64,000 nt of DNA, from contig JADGCS010000006.1 of the NCBI GenBank assembly GCA_015228875.1, positions 2,611 to 66,610 on the forward strand, in the 5' to 3' direction. Origin of the DNA: Deltaproteobacteria bacterium (GTDB lineage Bacteria; UBA10199; JADGCS01). The notes below the pieces were generated by a model. That model had not been told where the DNA came from and ran no database searches. It worked only from the letters and a program-made list of their open reading frames with translations. This document shows positions 1-8,153 of the stretch, piece after piece (positions within the stretch are counted from its first letter, which is position 1; each line of letters starts with the position of its first letter). The translations under genes and the position numbers were made by a program.

Positions 1-1
1 G

Positions 2-337
2 GGATGCGACATCTGTCAGGAGGTTTGTCCGCGCAACATCAGGGCCAGGGCCGGCAAAAATGTCCAGTGGCTCGAAGGATATGAAGAGACACACCTGGCG
101 GATATTGCCGGATTTCTTGAGCTTGACAAGGGTGGCTACCAGAAAAAATTCAAACACACCGCTATCAGCCGCGTGAAATATCAGGATTTTATGCGCAATG
201 TGTTTATTGTGATTGCCAATTTAAAAAGAAAAGATTTGATTGAACAGGTGAAGGCGTGGAAGATAAGAAACCCCCATGAGGGGCTTGCAGAACTGGAGTT
301 TTGTATTGGAGAACTCGAAAAAGAATATGAGGAGTGA
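2..337 (+). CDS. queG: epoxyqueuosine reductase, C-terminal part (gene starts before the window)
   Basis: Manual translation of frame +2 gives GCDICQEVCPRN...FKHTAISRVKYQDFMRNVFIVIAN, the second 4Fe-4S motif and C-terminus typical of QueG. TGA at 335-337. Confidence 0.8.
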   Translation, partial: GCDICQEVCPRNIRARAGKNVQWLEGYEETHLADIAGFLELDKGGYQKKFKHTAISRVKYQDFMRNVFIVIANLKRKDLIEQVKAWKIRNPHEGLAELEFCIGELEKEYEE

Positions 338-1188
338 TGATGTATAAATTGAAGTCTAGCAATTTCAAAGTTGACAGAGCGCGGGTGCATTCCTCGCAAA
401 ATGGAGGCATTCAATCGCGTCACAGTCAAGTGAGTAACTTGTATAGAACCTTGGAAGGTTTTTTCTACGCGTTTCGGCATCAATTTTTGCATGGTGTCCG
501 CCCGCGTAGTGTTTTCCGTTTTATGCGGGTTATGATTGTTGTGTGCCTCATGATGTTTGCCGTTATACCCGCCTGCCAGTCCGGGCGGGAACCCCTGCCG
601 GTGCTTGTCCCGCAGCAGATCGATGTGGCACAGGCATTACAGCGGGGTATTTTTAAACTTGTCATCGATGCCTCGATGATCAAGGTGAGGACAATCAAGG
701 ACAGCAGCATCCCCGTGGCCGCGAGTTTTTATTTTAATTCGGGGGCCTTAAATCTCAATCCCGGGCGGTCTTTTTTTAAAACCGAGATTGACATCACGAG
801 CTTTTATTCGGGACTCTCGGTGAGGGACGATAACGTGCTCAAGGTTTTCTTTAAGACGGACGAGACCCCAAACAAGGCTGCCTTTTTTTCTGTGGCAGGC
901 CTTGGGAAGGAAAAAACAGCAGGGTTAAAAACAGCGAAAAAACTGGACGAACTCTCTGTTGATGGGGTTCTCACATACAACCAGAAAGAGGTGATGGTTA
1001 AGGCAATCCTCAAGATCTCGTTTAACAAGTACGGGAGGCTTGTCGTTGAAACTGTCAAGCCGTTTGCAGTCAGCATTTCGGACCTTGGGTTAACCAAAAA
1101 TTTAAACGAGCTGCTGGTGGTCTGCAATCATCAATCCGTGGATGACGTGGTTCAGGTTGAAGTCCATATCGAATTTGAACCTGGGTGA
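337..1188 (+). CDS. YceI-like lipid/polyisoprenoid-binding lipoprotein with repeat A and repeat B inserted in frame in its N-terminus
   Basis: ATG 337 overlaps the queG stop (TGATG) and follows GAGGAG. Lipobox-like MIVVCLMMFAVIPAC. IDITSFYSG..VRDDNVLKVFF resembles YceI. Confidence 0.65.
   Translation: MMYKLKSSNFKVDRARVHSSQNGGIQSRHSQVSNLYRTLEGFFYAFRHQFLHGVRPRSVFRFMRVMIVVCLMMFAVIPACQSGREPLPVLVPQQIDVAQALQRGIFKLVIDASMIKVRTIKDSSIPVAASFYFNSGALNLNPGRSFFKTEIDITSFYSGLSVRDDNVLKVFFKTDETPNKAAFFSVAGLGKEKTAGLKTAKKLDELSVDGVLTYNQKEVMVKAILKISFNKYGRLVVETVKPFAVSISDLGLTKNLNELLVVCNHQSVDDVVQVEVHIEFEPG
353..442 (+). repeat. Repeat family A copy (87-bp unit), in frame within the CDS
   Basis: aatttcaaagttgacagagcgcgggtgcattcctcg...gtcaagtgagtaacttgt matches 8 other copies in the window. 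Confidence 0.95.
444..532 (+). repeat. Repeat family B copy (87-bp unit), in frame within the CDS
   Basis: tagaaccttggaaggttttttctacgcgtttcggcatcaatttttgcatgg...ttatgcgggtta matches copies at 9407, 23433, 35053, 55916 and 60296. Confidence 0.95.
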
Positions 1189-1949
1189 TGATAAAAAAAA
1201 TATTACATATATTATATCAGCCTTATAAATGGCTTGTGCTTCTTCCCTTTTTTGTTCTGGTGACAATCGGTTTGAGTTTTATTGCCTTAAGCACCATGGC
1301 GGTCTTTGGGCCCAAGCCCGGCGCGCTCTGCGGCGTGGTCTGGGCGCGTCTTAATGCGTGGATGACACCTGTGTGGGTCAGTGTCAGGGGGCGGGAGAAT
1401 GTCAATCCACAGCAATCTTACGTTATTGTCAGCAATCATCAGAGCATTTACGACATTTATTTGTTTTATGGCTGGATGGGCGTTGATTTTAAGTGGGTCA
1501 TGAAACAAGAGATCCGAAAAATCCCCTTTATCGGTATTTCCTGCGACAGGATCGGCAACATTTATATCGATCGCTCCAATACCGAGGCGGCTCTTAAGTC
1601 CCTCAACATGGCAAAGGAAAAAATAAAAGACGGGACCTCTGTCATGTTTTTTGCCGAGGGCACGCGTTCCAAAACAGGTGAGATTGGCCCTTTTAAAAAA
1701 GGGGCGTTTATGTTTGCAAGGGATCTTAATATTTCGATACTGCCGGTCACCGTCAGCGGCACATTCAAGATCATGCCGCCACACACCATGAATGTCTTTC
1801 CGGGCCACGCAAAGATGACGATTCACCCACCCGTTGATATCAACGCATGGAAGGACAGGGATATCAGTGAATTAATAAATTACGTGAGGGACATTATTGT
1901 GTCGGGATATAAAAAGGATACCATGGATGTGCGAAACTGTAGATCCTAA
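1185..1949 (+). CDS. plsC: 1-acyl-sn-glycerol-3-phosphate acyltransferase
   Basis: NHQSIYD and FAEGTRS acyltransferase motifs, N-terminal TM segment. Confidence 0.9.
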   Translation: MMIKKILHILYQPYKWLVLLPFFVLVTIGLSFIALSTMAVFGPKPGALCGVVWARLNAWMTPVWVSVRGRENVNPQQSYVIVSNHQSIYDIYLFYGWMGVDFKWVMKQEIRKIPFIGISCDRIGNIYIDRSNTEAALKSLNMAKEKIKDGTSVMFFAEGTRSKTGEIGPFKKGAFMFARDLNISILPVTVSGTFKIMPPHTMNVFPGHAKMTIHPPVDINAWKDRDISELINYVRDIIVSGYKKDTMDVRNCRS

Positions 1950-1990
1950 AAACGGCTATTGAACCGCCCTGTACTCTTTACTGCAGAATC

Positions 1991-2050
1991 CAGTGCTTCG
2001 ACAATTTAATAATTTTCTTTATTAGAAAATTATTAAACGCTCAGCACTAG
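1991..2050. repeat. Hairpin element between convergent genes; its ends resemble family E (agtgcttcga...ctcagcact); possible bidirectional terminator
   Basis: Outer stem agtgct/agcact and inner AT-rich stem tttaataattttct/agaaaattattaaa. Confidence 0.55.
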
Positions 2051-2055
2051 GTTAA

Positions 2056-3363
2056 TCAAAGGGAGTGTCTATTCCCCCCGTAGATCAACACATCAACCTT
2101 GTCCCTGCTTGTAAAGAGGTCGATGATTTCTTTGGTCCCGCGGAGTTTAAATCCGACCATGTCTGCCCGATACCCTTCTTTGATCATGCCGACTTTTTTC
2201 AATCCGATCGCATGGCACGCATTTGTTGTGATCATCGGCAGGAATTCGAACAGATTTGTCTTGGGATGTCTTTTTAAAAAAAGCCGGGTTTCCTGCAGAA
2301 AATTGAGTGTGCTGTTGCTGGCGATGCTGTCGGTCCCAAGGGCTATCGGGATTTTATTTTCTTTGTATTTTTTAAACGGAAATGAGTCATGCCCAAAAAA
2401 ATCAAAAGAGCCCGGGCAGTGCACGACACAGATGTTTGGCCACGTGGCCATGATTTTTATATCTTTGCTGTCTGTGTAATTTGCGTGGATGACGAGTGCG
2501 TGATGAAGGCTGTGTTTGTGATGGTGAATGAATTTAACAGCAGAGTCTGCTGCGTGCAGCGGGGATGTATGAATATCGGGCCTGAGGGCTGCAATAAAGA
2601 GCCACAGGGGGCCGGCGCGGTATTTAAAATAGTCACATTCCTCCCTTGATTCTGCAAGGTGCAGCGAGAGGGCCTTGTATTTTTTGCCAAGCACTGTTTT
2701 CAGCACCTCGGGTGACACGGCATGAACGGAATGCAGTGTCTGGTAAAAGGGGATCGGTGCATGCGTCAGGCTGTCCCTGATTTTACGCAATGCAAATTGA
2801 GACATCTCGGTTCTGGTCCCGACAACCTCTCCGAAGCCAATGACCCTGACCTGGACATCATTGTAGTAAGAGAGCGGTGTATCAAAACTGATGTGATCGA
2901 TGATTGTGGTACAGCCGGACAAAAGGTTGAGCCTTATGCCGGTGCGTATGGCATTCTTGACCTCTACTTTGCGTTGACCCTGTTTTTTTTCAAGGAGGGT
3001 TTTGATCCACGGTACAAATTTTTTTTCTTTGAGAGGACCAAGATTTGTGAGTTCGAGATGGCAGTGTGCATTGACAAAACCTGGGAGGAGCACGGTGTCT
3101 TTAAGCACTAAGCTGGGCGTGTCTACGCGTTTCGGCATCAATTTTTGCATGGCGCCCGCCCGCGTTGTGTTTTCAGCTTTATGCGGGTTAAGGATGCGCG
3201 CATGACTGAGCGCCTTTTTGGGGATGTGTTCTGAAATTTTTGTGATCACCCCGTTTTCAATGATGATCAGTGCCGGGCTGATTATTTTTGTATTTTCGAT
3301 TACGGCAGCAGAGGCGATGACCGCTATTTTTTTTTCCGCTTTATGCGGGTTATGAGATTTCAT
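2056..3363 (-). CDS. Amidohydrolase (probable aminodeoxyfutalosine deaminase) with an in-frame repeat B insertion
   Basis: LLPGFVNAHCHLE, HLAES and LGTDS metal-binding motifs; directly downstream of mqnC. Start placed at ATG 3363 (the ORF track gives 3393). Confidence 0.8.
   Translation of the reverse strand: MKSHNPHKAEKKIAVIASAAVIENTKIISPALIIIENGVITKISEHIPKKALSHARILNPHKAENTTRAGAMQKLMPKRVDTPSLVLKDTVLLPGFVNAHCHLELTNLGPLKEKKFVPWIKTLLEKKQGQRKVEVKNAIRTGIRLNLLSGCTTIIDHISFDTPLSYYNDVQVRVIGFGEVVGTRTEMSQFALRKIRDSLTHAPIPFYQTLHSVHAVSPEVLKTVLGKKYKALSLHLAESREECDYFKYRAGPLWLFIAALRPDIHTSPLHAADSAVKFIHHHKHSLHHALVIHANYTDSKDIKIMATWPNICVVHCPGSFDFFGHDSFPFKKYKENKIPIALGTDSIASNSTLNFLQETRLFLKRHPKTNLFEFLPMITTNACHAIGLKKVGMIKEGYRADMVGFKLRGTKEIIDLFTSRDKVDVLIYGGNRHSL
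3102..3190 (+). repeat. Repeat family B copy (left end diverged) inside the amidohydrolase, read on the minus strand as LNPHKAENTTRAGAMQKLMPKRVD
   Basis: 3122-3190 is near-identical to the B consensus (tctacgcgtttcggcatcaatttttgcatgg...ttatgcgggtta). Confidence 0.92.
3332..3354 (+). repeat. Right-end fragment of repeat B; contains the mqnC stop codon and encodes HNPHKAE in the amidohydrolase N-terminus
   Basis: ttttccgctttatgcgggttatg matches the B right end. Confidence 0.8.
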
Positions 3364-4435
3364 TATAAAAAGAATCCCGTTGATAAGGGACACACCCTGA
3401 TTTCTTTATGGCCCCTGCAAGATCCTCAGGTGTGAGATGCCCCGTGTTACTGCACCCTGCAAGACTGACCACATGCTCTTCGAGCATGACCGAACCGATA
3501 TCATCCGCCCCGTAGTGCAGGGCCATCTGCGCTGTTTTAATCCCCTGTGTGAGGCTGGATGCCTGAATGTGCTTAAAGTTGTCGAGGTAGAGACGGGCAA
3601 TGGAAATGAGTTTTAAATAATCATACGGTGTGGACAGGATGACGTCCTCGTTGTTTTTTAATCGCGGGTGAAGCGCCGTGTTTTCGGGCTGAAATGTCCA
3701 TGGTATAAACGAGATAAAACCCTGTGTCTTGTCCTGCAACTCCCTTAATTTTCTGAGATGTTCTATCCGGTCCGGCCACCTTTCGACATGACCCATCATC
3801 ATTGTCGCGGTGGTCTTTAAACCGAGTGTGTGGGCTGTCTGCATGACATCAAGCCACTGCGTGGCGGTACATTTGTTCATCGAGATGCGGTCGCGGATTT
3901 TGTCCACCAGTATTTCGGCCCCCCCGCCCGGGATGGAGGCAAGTCCCCTGTCCATCAGGCGATTAATGACCTCGCTGATACTTAAATGAGAGACCTGTGC
4001 TGCATGGTGAATCTCTGGAGGTGAAAAGGCGTGGATGTGAATTTTATGATGATTGTGAATATGCCCCACCAGGTTTTCCAGGTCGGTGATGGTGTAATCG
4101 GGGTGATTCCCTCCCTGCAACAGAACCCTTGTGCCCCCTTTTTTAAGGGTGTCCATGATTTTTTTGTCAATCGCCTCGTAAGATATTTCATAGGCCTCTT
4201 TGTGGCCCTTGGGTCTGTAAAATGCGCAGAAAAGGCATGTTGACTTGCAGATATTGGTGTAATTGATGTTCCGGTCGATCAGATAGGCAACACGGTTTTT
4301 GTTTTGCGCCCTGTTTTTTTTGTCGGCGTATCCTGCCAGTTTAAGGATGTCCCCGTTTTCTGCCAGGGCGAGTGCCTCGTCTTCGGAGAGGCGTCCTCCT
4401 GCATCTGCTTTAAAATAAATATTGTCCAATGACAT
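3350..4435 (-). CDS. mqnC: cyclic dehypoxanthinyl futalosine synthase (radical SAM)
   Basis: DRNINYTNICKSTCLFCAF (CxxxCxxC) and SIPGGGAEIL; next to mqnA. Confidence 0.9.
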   Translation of the reverse strand: MSLDNIYFKADAGGRLSEDEALALAENGDILKLAGYADKKNRAQNKNRVAYLIDRNINYTNICKSTCLFCAFYRPKGHKEAYEISYEAIDKKIMDTLKKGGTRVLLQGGNHPDYTITDLENLVGHIHNHHKIHIHAFSPPEIHHAAQVSHLSISEVINRLMDRGLASIPGGGAEILVDKIRDRISMNKCTATQWLDVMQTAHTLGLKTTATMMMGHVERWPDRIEHLRKLRELQDKTQGFISFIPWTFQPENTALHPRLKNNEDVILSTPYDYLKLISIARLYLDNFKHIQASSLTQGIKTAQMALHYGADDIGSVMLEEHVVSLAGCSNTGHLTPEDLAGAIKKSGCVPYQRDSFYNEIS

Positions 4436-4463
4436 GGCGGATAGCTTTGGGTTTTAAGAAGTA

Positions 4464-5225
4464 TCAGGCCACTTTTAATTTGCGCGGCTCGCTGTACTGG
4501 TACTCTTTAAGATAGTCCTTGTAGAGTCTTAACCCGTCTTTAATAGCGGGGGTGGGTTCGTAGATGATGCTGTTTGTCAGGTAGTCGTTGACCAAGCCCC
4601 TTTGCTCCTTGTTAAAGGTGGAGCTGATATGATCGATGTGGGCGAGGCCTGCTGTTTTTGCATTTTTTAAGACGGCGATTTCGGCAGGTGTCAATGCGCG
4701 TTGTGATGCCCACGAGGCGAACATAAAACCCGCGCCTGTGTTTTGTTTCCAGACCGAGCCGATATCCCAGAACTTGTAGGGGAGACTGCTGTTAATTTCT
4801 GAAAAGAGGACTTTGTCTCCAATCAAAAGTTGGGCATCTGCCATTTCACGGTTATCGTAATGAAAGAACTCAAGGTCATAGAGACTGACGCCGTAAAACT
4901 TTTTTAGAATTATTTTTGCAAGGTACACGGATGAGAGTGATTCTTTGTCCATGTATATAGATTGAATCTGGCTTAAGTTTTCGATGTAGGAGCGGGTGTA
5001 AAAACCCACACTGCCCACATCACCGTCACAGGCGATGATGCCGGCATCGGGGTGCATGCGCAATTTGTGTTTAATGATACTGTAAAGCGGGAGCAGGGCG
5101 CAGTCGACGGTGCCATTAAGCAGTGCCGCCGCAAGTTCTGAGGGATACATTTTGATGATCTGGTTATTCTCCAAAAAATAACTGAGCGGAAGAGCATTGA
5201 TATAAGGTACGATTCCAATCTTCAT
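4464..5225 (-). CDS. mqnA: chorismate dehydratase
   Basis: IGIVPYINALPL, IACDGDVGSV, SLSSVYLAKI and LLIGD motifs; futalosine cluster context. Confidence 0.85.
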   Translation of the reverse strand: MKIGIVPYINALPLSYFLENNQIIKMYPSELAAALLNGTVDCALLPLYSIIKHKLRMHPDAGIIACDGDVGSVGFYTRSYIENLSQIQSIYMDKESLSSVYLAKIILKKFYGVSLYDLEFFHYDNREMADAQLLIGDKVLFSEINSSLPYKFWDIGSVWKQNTGAGFMFASWASQRALTPAEIAVLKNAKTAGLAHIDHISSTFNKEQRGLVNDYLTNSIIYEPTPAIKDGLRLYKDYLKEYQYSEPRKLKVA

Positions 5226-5270
5226 AAGATTTCCTCCAAAAAAGTTTTTTATGATTAACCCTTACTCCAA

Positions 5271-5360
5271 TATCCAGGAATTTCAAAGTTGACAGAACGC
5301 GGGTGCAGTCCTCGCAAAATGAAGGAATTCAACCGCGTCAAAGTCAAGTTAGTAACTTGA
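5271..5360 (+). repeat. Repeat family A copy
   Basis: ggaatttcaaagttgacagaacgcgggtgcagtcctcg...gtcaagttagtaacttg. Confidence 0.95.
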
Positions 5361-5451
5361 AAAACTTATCGCCGTGCAGTTTAAAAAGTTGCCTGAAATT
5401 TTTGAGGTTTTGGTTAAACCATAACCTTTTGTGACTACTACAGTTTTTTAA

Positions 5452-5502
5452 TATTTCCGTCAATAAGTGGTACTTGGCTGGCAGGGCCTTGCAGAGAACG
5501 CC
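5452..5502 (+). repeat. 51-bp direct repeat, left of the TA module (partner at 6426-6476)
   Basis: tatttccgtcaataagtggtacttggctggcagggccttgcagagaacgcc; 47/51 identical to its partner by manual comparison. Confidence 0.85.
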
Positions 5503-5628
5503 TGTTTTCTGGCTGTGCCCATGAATATACAACCCAGGAGCGAGATTTATGGCAAGGTCTTCGAACATTTTATCTTTACAGAACTGAGTGCCTACAAATA
5601 TGTCGCTCACCCGTTAAATTTTTAACCC

Positions 5629-5658
5629 TTGAAAAATATAACAGTATTGTTATACAAT
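5629..5658 (+). promoter_or_regulatory. Putative sigma70 promoter with an operator palindrome for the TA operon
   Basis: TTGAAA (5629) to TACAAT (5653) with an 18-bp spacer. Inverted repeat TATAACA-gtat-TGTTATA at 5637-5654. ATG lies 4 nt after the -10 element and has no RBS. Confidence 0.6.
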
Positions 5659-5662
5659 AAGC

Positions 5663-5980
5663 ATGAAGACATTGATACTGCCGCAGGCCGCCAAGGCTGT
5701 TGAAAAAGAACCCTTTGAATTAAAGCAAAGCGTCTTTGGAGTCTTGGAGAGACTCTCTGACGGTGAAGAAATCGGGATGCCGTTATGCAGATCCCTTTCG
5801 ACAATAATGAGGGGATTGTATGAATTGCGGTTTTCATATCAAGCCGGCGAATATAGAGTTTTTTATTACATCAAGGTTGGAGAAGCCATTTATGTGGTTC
5901 ACGCGATGAAAAAGAAATCTCGAAAGATAGACACCAAAACGATCATGTTACTTAAAAACAGGATAAGGAGTCTGCCATGA
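5663..5980 (+). CDS. RelE/ParE-superfamily (HigB/Gp49-like) type II toxin
   Basis: GLYELRF...EYRVFY...YVVHAMKKKSRK; lies upstream of an HTH gene. Confidence 0.85.
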   Translation: MKTLILPQAAKAVEKEPFELKQSVFGVLERLSDGEEIGMPLCRSLSTIMRGLYELRFSYQAGEYRVFYYIKVGEAIYVVHAMKKKSRKIDTKTIMLLKNRIRSLP

Positions 5981-6276
5981 AAAGAAAAAATGCATTGTTA
6001 ACCCTTGATCAGTTTGGTTCGGATATTGGCTTGTCAGAAATTGATAAAAAGATGATCAGGCAAAAAAACAAAATCATCACATTTCTAAAAAACCTTCGTC
6101 TAAAAAAGAATATTTCACAAAAACAGCTCGCCAAGAAACTCGGCACTGCACAACCGGCGATAGCCAGAATGGAGGCCGGTCATGTCGGTAGTGTGAGTTT
6201 TGATTTTCTTGTGCGTGTCGGTATTATGCTTGGGGTGACGATCACGATGGTGGGGGAGCGCATGAAGGCCGCTTAG
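5977..6276 (+). CDS. XRE/HTH_3 antitoxin (HigA-like)
   Basis: LRLKKNISQKQLAKKLGTAQPAIARMEAG; ATGA overlap with the toxin gene. Confidence 0.85.
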   Translation: MKRKNALLTLDQFGSDIGLSEIDKKMIRQKNKIITFLKNLRLKKNISQKQLAKKLGTAQPAIARMEAGHVGSVSFDFLVRVGIMLGVTITMVGERMKAA

Positions 6277-6282
6277 ATTAAA

Positions 6283-6426
6283 TGTCCATGGACTTTCAAA
6301 GTTGACAGAGCGCGGGCCATGTTCCGTACGGAACATGGCGGGTGCATTCCTCGAATAACGGAGGAACTCAATCGTGTCCCCCAAGGGGATTTCCTTCGGG
6401 GCATAAAAGTCAAGTTACTAACTTGT
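6283..6426 (+). repeat. Repeat family A, expanded copy with two inserted hairpins
   Basis: A core plus the palindrome gccatgttccgtacggaacatggc (6316-6339) and cccaaggggatttccttcggggc. Confidence 0.92.
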
Positions 6427-6476
6427 ATTTCCGTCAATAAGCGGTACTTTGCTGGCAGGGTTTTGCAGAGAACGCC
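6426..6476 (+). repeat. 51-bp direct repeat, right of the TA module
   Basis: tatttccgtcaataagcggtactttgctggcagggttttgcagagaacgcc. Confidence 0.85.
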
Positions 6477-6560
6477 CTTAAGGGCCACGTGGCAGGTCTT
6501 GCTTATGAATTCACATGCTGCTTAAGGATGACAATCAGGAAAATTTATTCGGGACATAAT

Positions 6561-6719
6561 TTAGAGAACATTTTCCAAGACCAGAAATGTTTCGGTCTGT
6601 CCCAATCCCGGGATTTTTCTTAGGTGATTAAGCAACAAATGGTTGAGGTCGTTCATGTCCCTTAATCTGAATTTAAGCATAATGTCGTGTCGGCCTTCGC
6701 AAGCTCATGCCTCAACCAC
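6561..6719 (-). pseudogene. Lrp/AsnC-family ligand-binding-domain remnant
   Basis: Manual translation VVEA*ACEGRHDIMLKFRLRDMNDLNHLLLNHLRKIPGLGQTETFLVLENVL matches the AsnC C-terminal pattern; in-frame stops upstream. Confidence 0.6.
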
Positions 6720-6920
6720 CGGCTAATCGCTAAAAAAACCCTCCGGGTTTCACCAAGCCCCCCCAACCTCATGGACTCATCAAAATAACCTAAAATCACA
6801 GCCCCCATCTTCTGGTTTTTGGAAATATAAAAAAAATTTGCCTACGATGCCCTGGGCAACACCATCAGACCAGCAAGGTGGATCGCAGATGATGCCCAGG
6901 TTGGCTTCTCGGCGGTAAAA

Positions 6921-8141
6921 TCACGGCTTAAATAGATAAATCAGCACCGCGATGACTGTGATGATCACGAAGGTTCCAAAAACGAGCAGGATGGTTTCTG
7001 AGGCGGTGAGCTTTTTGCCCTTGTTCTTTTGGGGTGCTGGGGCAGGCGTGTCTTCGGTTTTTTGGGGTTCTTCTTTTTCGAGGTCCTGTTTTTTTTCTGC
7101 CGGGTCTTCTTTTTTATCTTTTTCTTTTGTTTGTTTTGTTGCGTTTTGATCTTTTGTTTCTGTGTTTGTGTTGTCTTTTGGTTTTTCTTCGGGGAGATTT
7201 TTATTTTTGGGTTCCTGTTTATTGTCCTCCGCTGACACTGTGGGGTCTTTCGCTTCGGGTTTTGTTTCTTTGTTTTCGGGGTCTGTTTGCGTCTTGTTTT
7301 TAAATTTGCTGAGGTCGAACGAGGCGGTGTCCTCGAATTTTTTCTCCTTGATTTTTTCTTCTTCGATCGTGCGGCTGATCACGCTGATGTCGAACTCCTG
7401 CGGGTTTTTAAAGATGGTCTTGATGGTGCCAAAGACAATCTCGTCCCCGTCTTTGATGGAGGCTTCTTCCACTTTTCGGCCGTTGACAAATGTTCTGTTT
7501 TTGCTGCCAAGGTCCTTGATGACAAAGCTGCCCCATTTCATGGAGAGGACGGCATGTTTGCGGCTGATGACTGCCGAGTTGAGTGAGAGATGACATTCGG
7601 GGTCGCGTCCAATGATCAGGTCTTCTGTGTTGTCTTCGAAGATGGCCTTTTTATCCTTGAATTCTTCGCTCACGACCGTGAGGCAGGGCTGTTTGTCCTG
7701 ATCCAACGCACCCAGCACCTTTTTGATCATGCTGATCTCTACCATGTCGGGCTTGTCTTTGCTGACTTTGGTGTCTTCAGGGTCCGGTTTGACAATGGCT
7801 GGGGGTTTTTCCGGGGAGGGGGTGTCCGTTGGTTGATTTGAAAAACTAAACTTGAGTTCAAACTCTTCGATCCTGACTGTATCAGAAGTTTGAAAGGGGA
7901 TTTTTTCGTTCTTTTGTATCTTTTGGTTATTGATGTTTGTCCCGTTGCCGCTGTTTAAGTCTTCCACTTCCAATACATCCTTGTCGACAGAAATTTTTGC
8001 GTGCCGGCGTGAAACAGACCCGGATGCAAGAACCACATCGCAATTCTGCTGACGGCCGATGAAAATGGTCTGCTGGGTGAGCTTGTAGGATTTTTGTTCT
8101 TTGGTGTTGCGGTTTGTGACAAGGATTTCCAGCATAATCAA
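6921..8141 (-). CDS. Tandem-FHA domain protein with a charged linker and C-terminal TM anchor
   Basis: Two GR...SR.HA...DL.S.N.T..N FHA motifs, a K/E/P-rich linker and a hydrophobic C-terminus. Confidence 0.85.
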   Translation of the reverse strand: MIMLEILVTNRNTKEQKSYKLTQQTIFIGRQQNCDVVLASGSVSRRHAKISVDKDVLEVEDLNSGNGTNINNQKIQKNEKIPFQTSDTVRIEEFELKFSFSNQPTDTPSPEKPPAIVKPDPEDTKVSKDKPDMVEISMIKKVLGALDQDKQPCLTVVSEEFKDKKAIFEDNTEDLIIGRDPECHLSLNSAVISRKHAVLSMKWGSFVIKDLGSKNRTFVNGRKVEEASIKDGDEIVFGTIKTIFKNPQEFDISVISRTIEEEKIKEKKFEDTASFDLSKFKNKTQTDPENKETKPEAKDPTVSAEDNKQEPKNKNLPEEKPKDNTNTETKDQNATKQTKEKDKKEDPAEKKQDLEKEEPQKTEDTPAPAPQKNKGKKLTASETILLVFGTFVIITVIAVLIYLFKP

Positions 8142-8153
8142 GACGGCCCTTTG

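Noticed and set aside
181-492. ORFs containing MQKLMPKRVEKTFQGS, QVTNLTLTR or HNPHKAE (181-492, 6115-6384, 9376-9564, 23329-23538, 40675-40926, 60253-60633)
   Set aside because: These are translations of repeats A and B in open frames, antisense to or between real genes, so they were not called as genes.
6707-6709. TGA in the Lrp/AsnC remnant as recoding (Trp or Sec)
   Set aside because: A TAG lies a few codons upstream and many genes here end in TGA; decay or sequence error is simpler.
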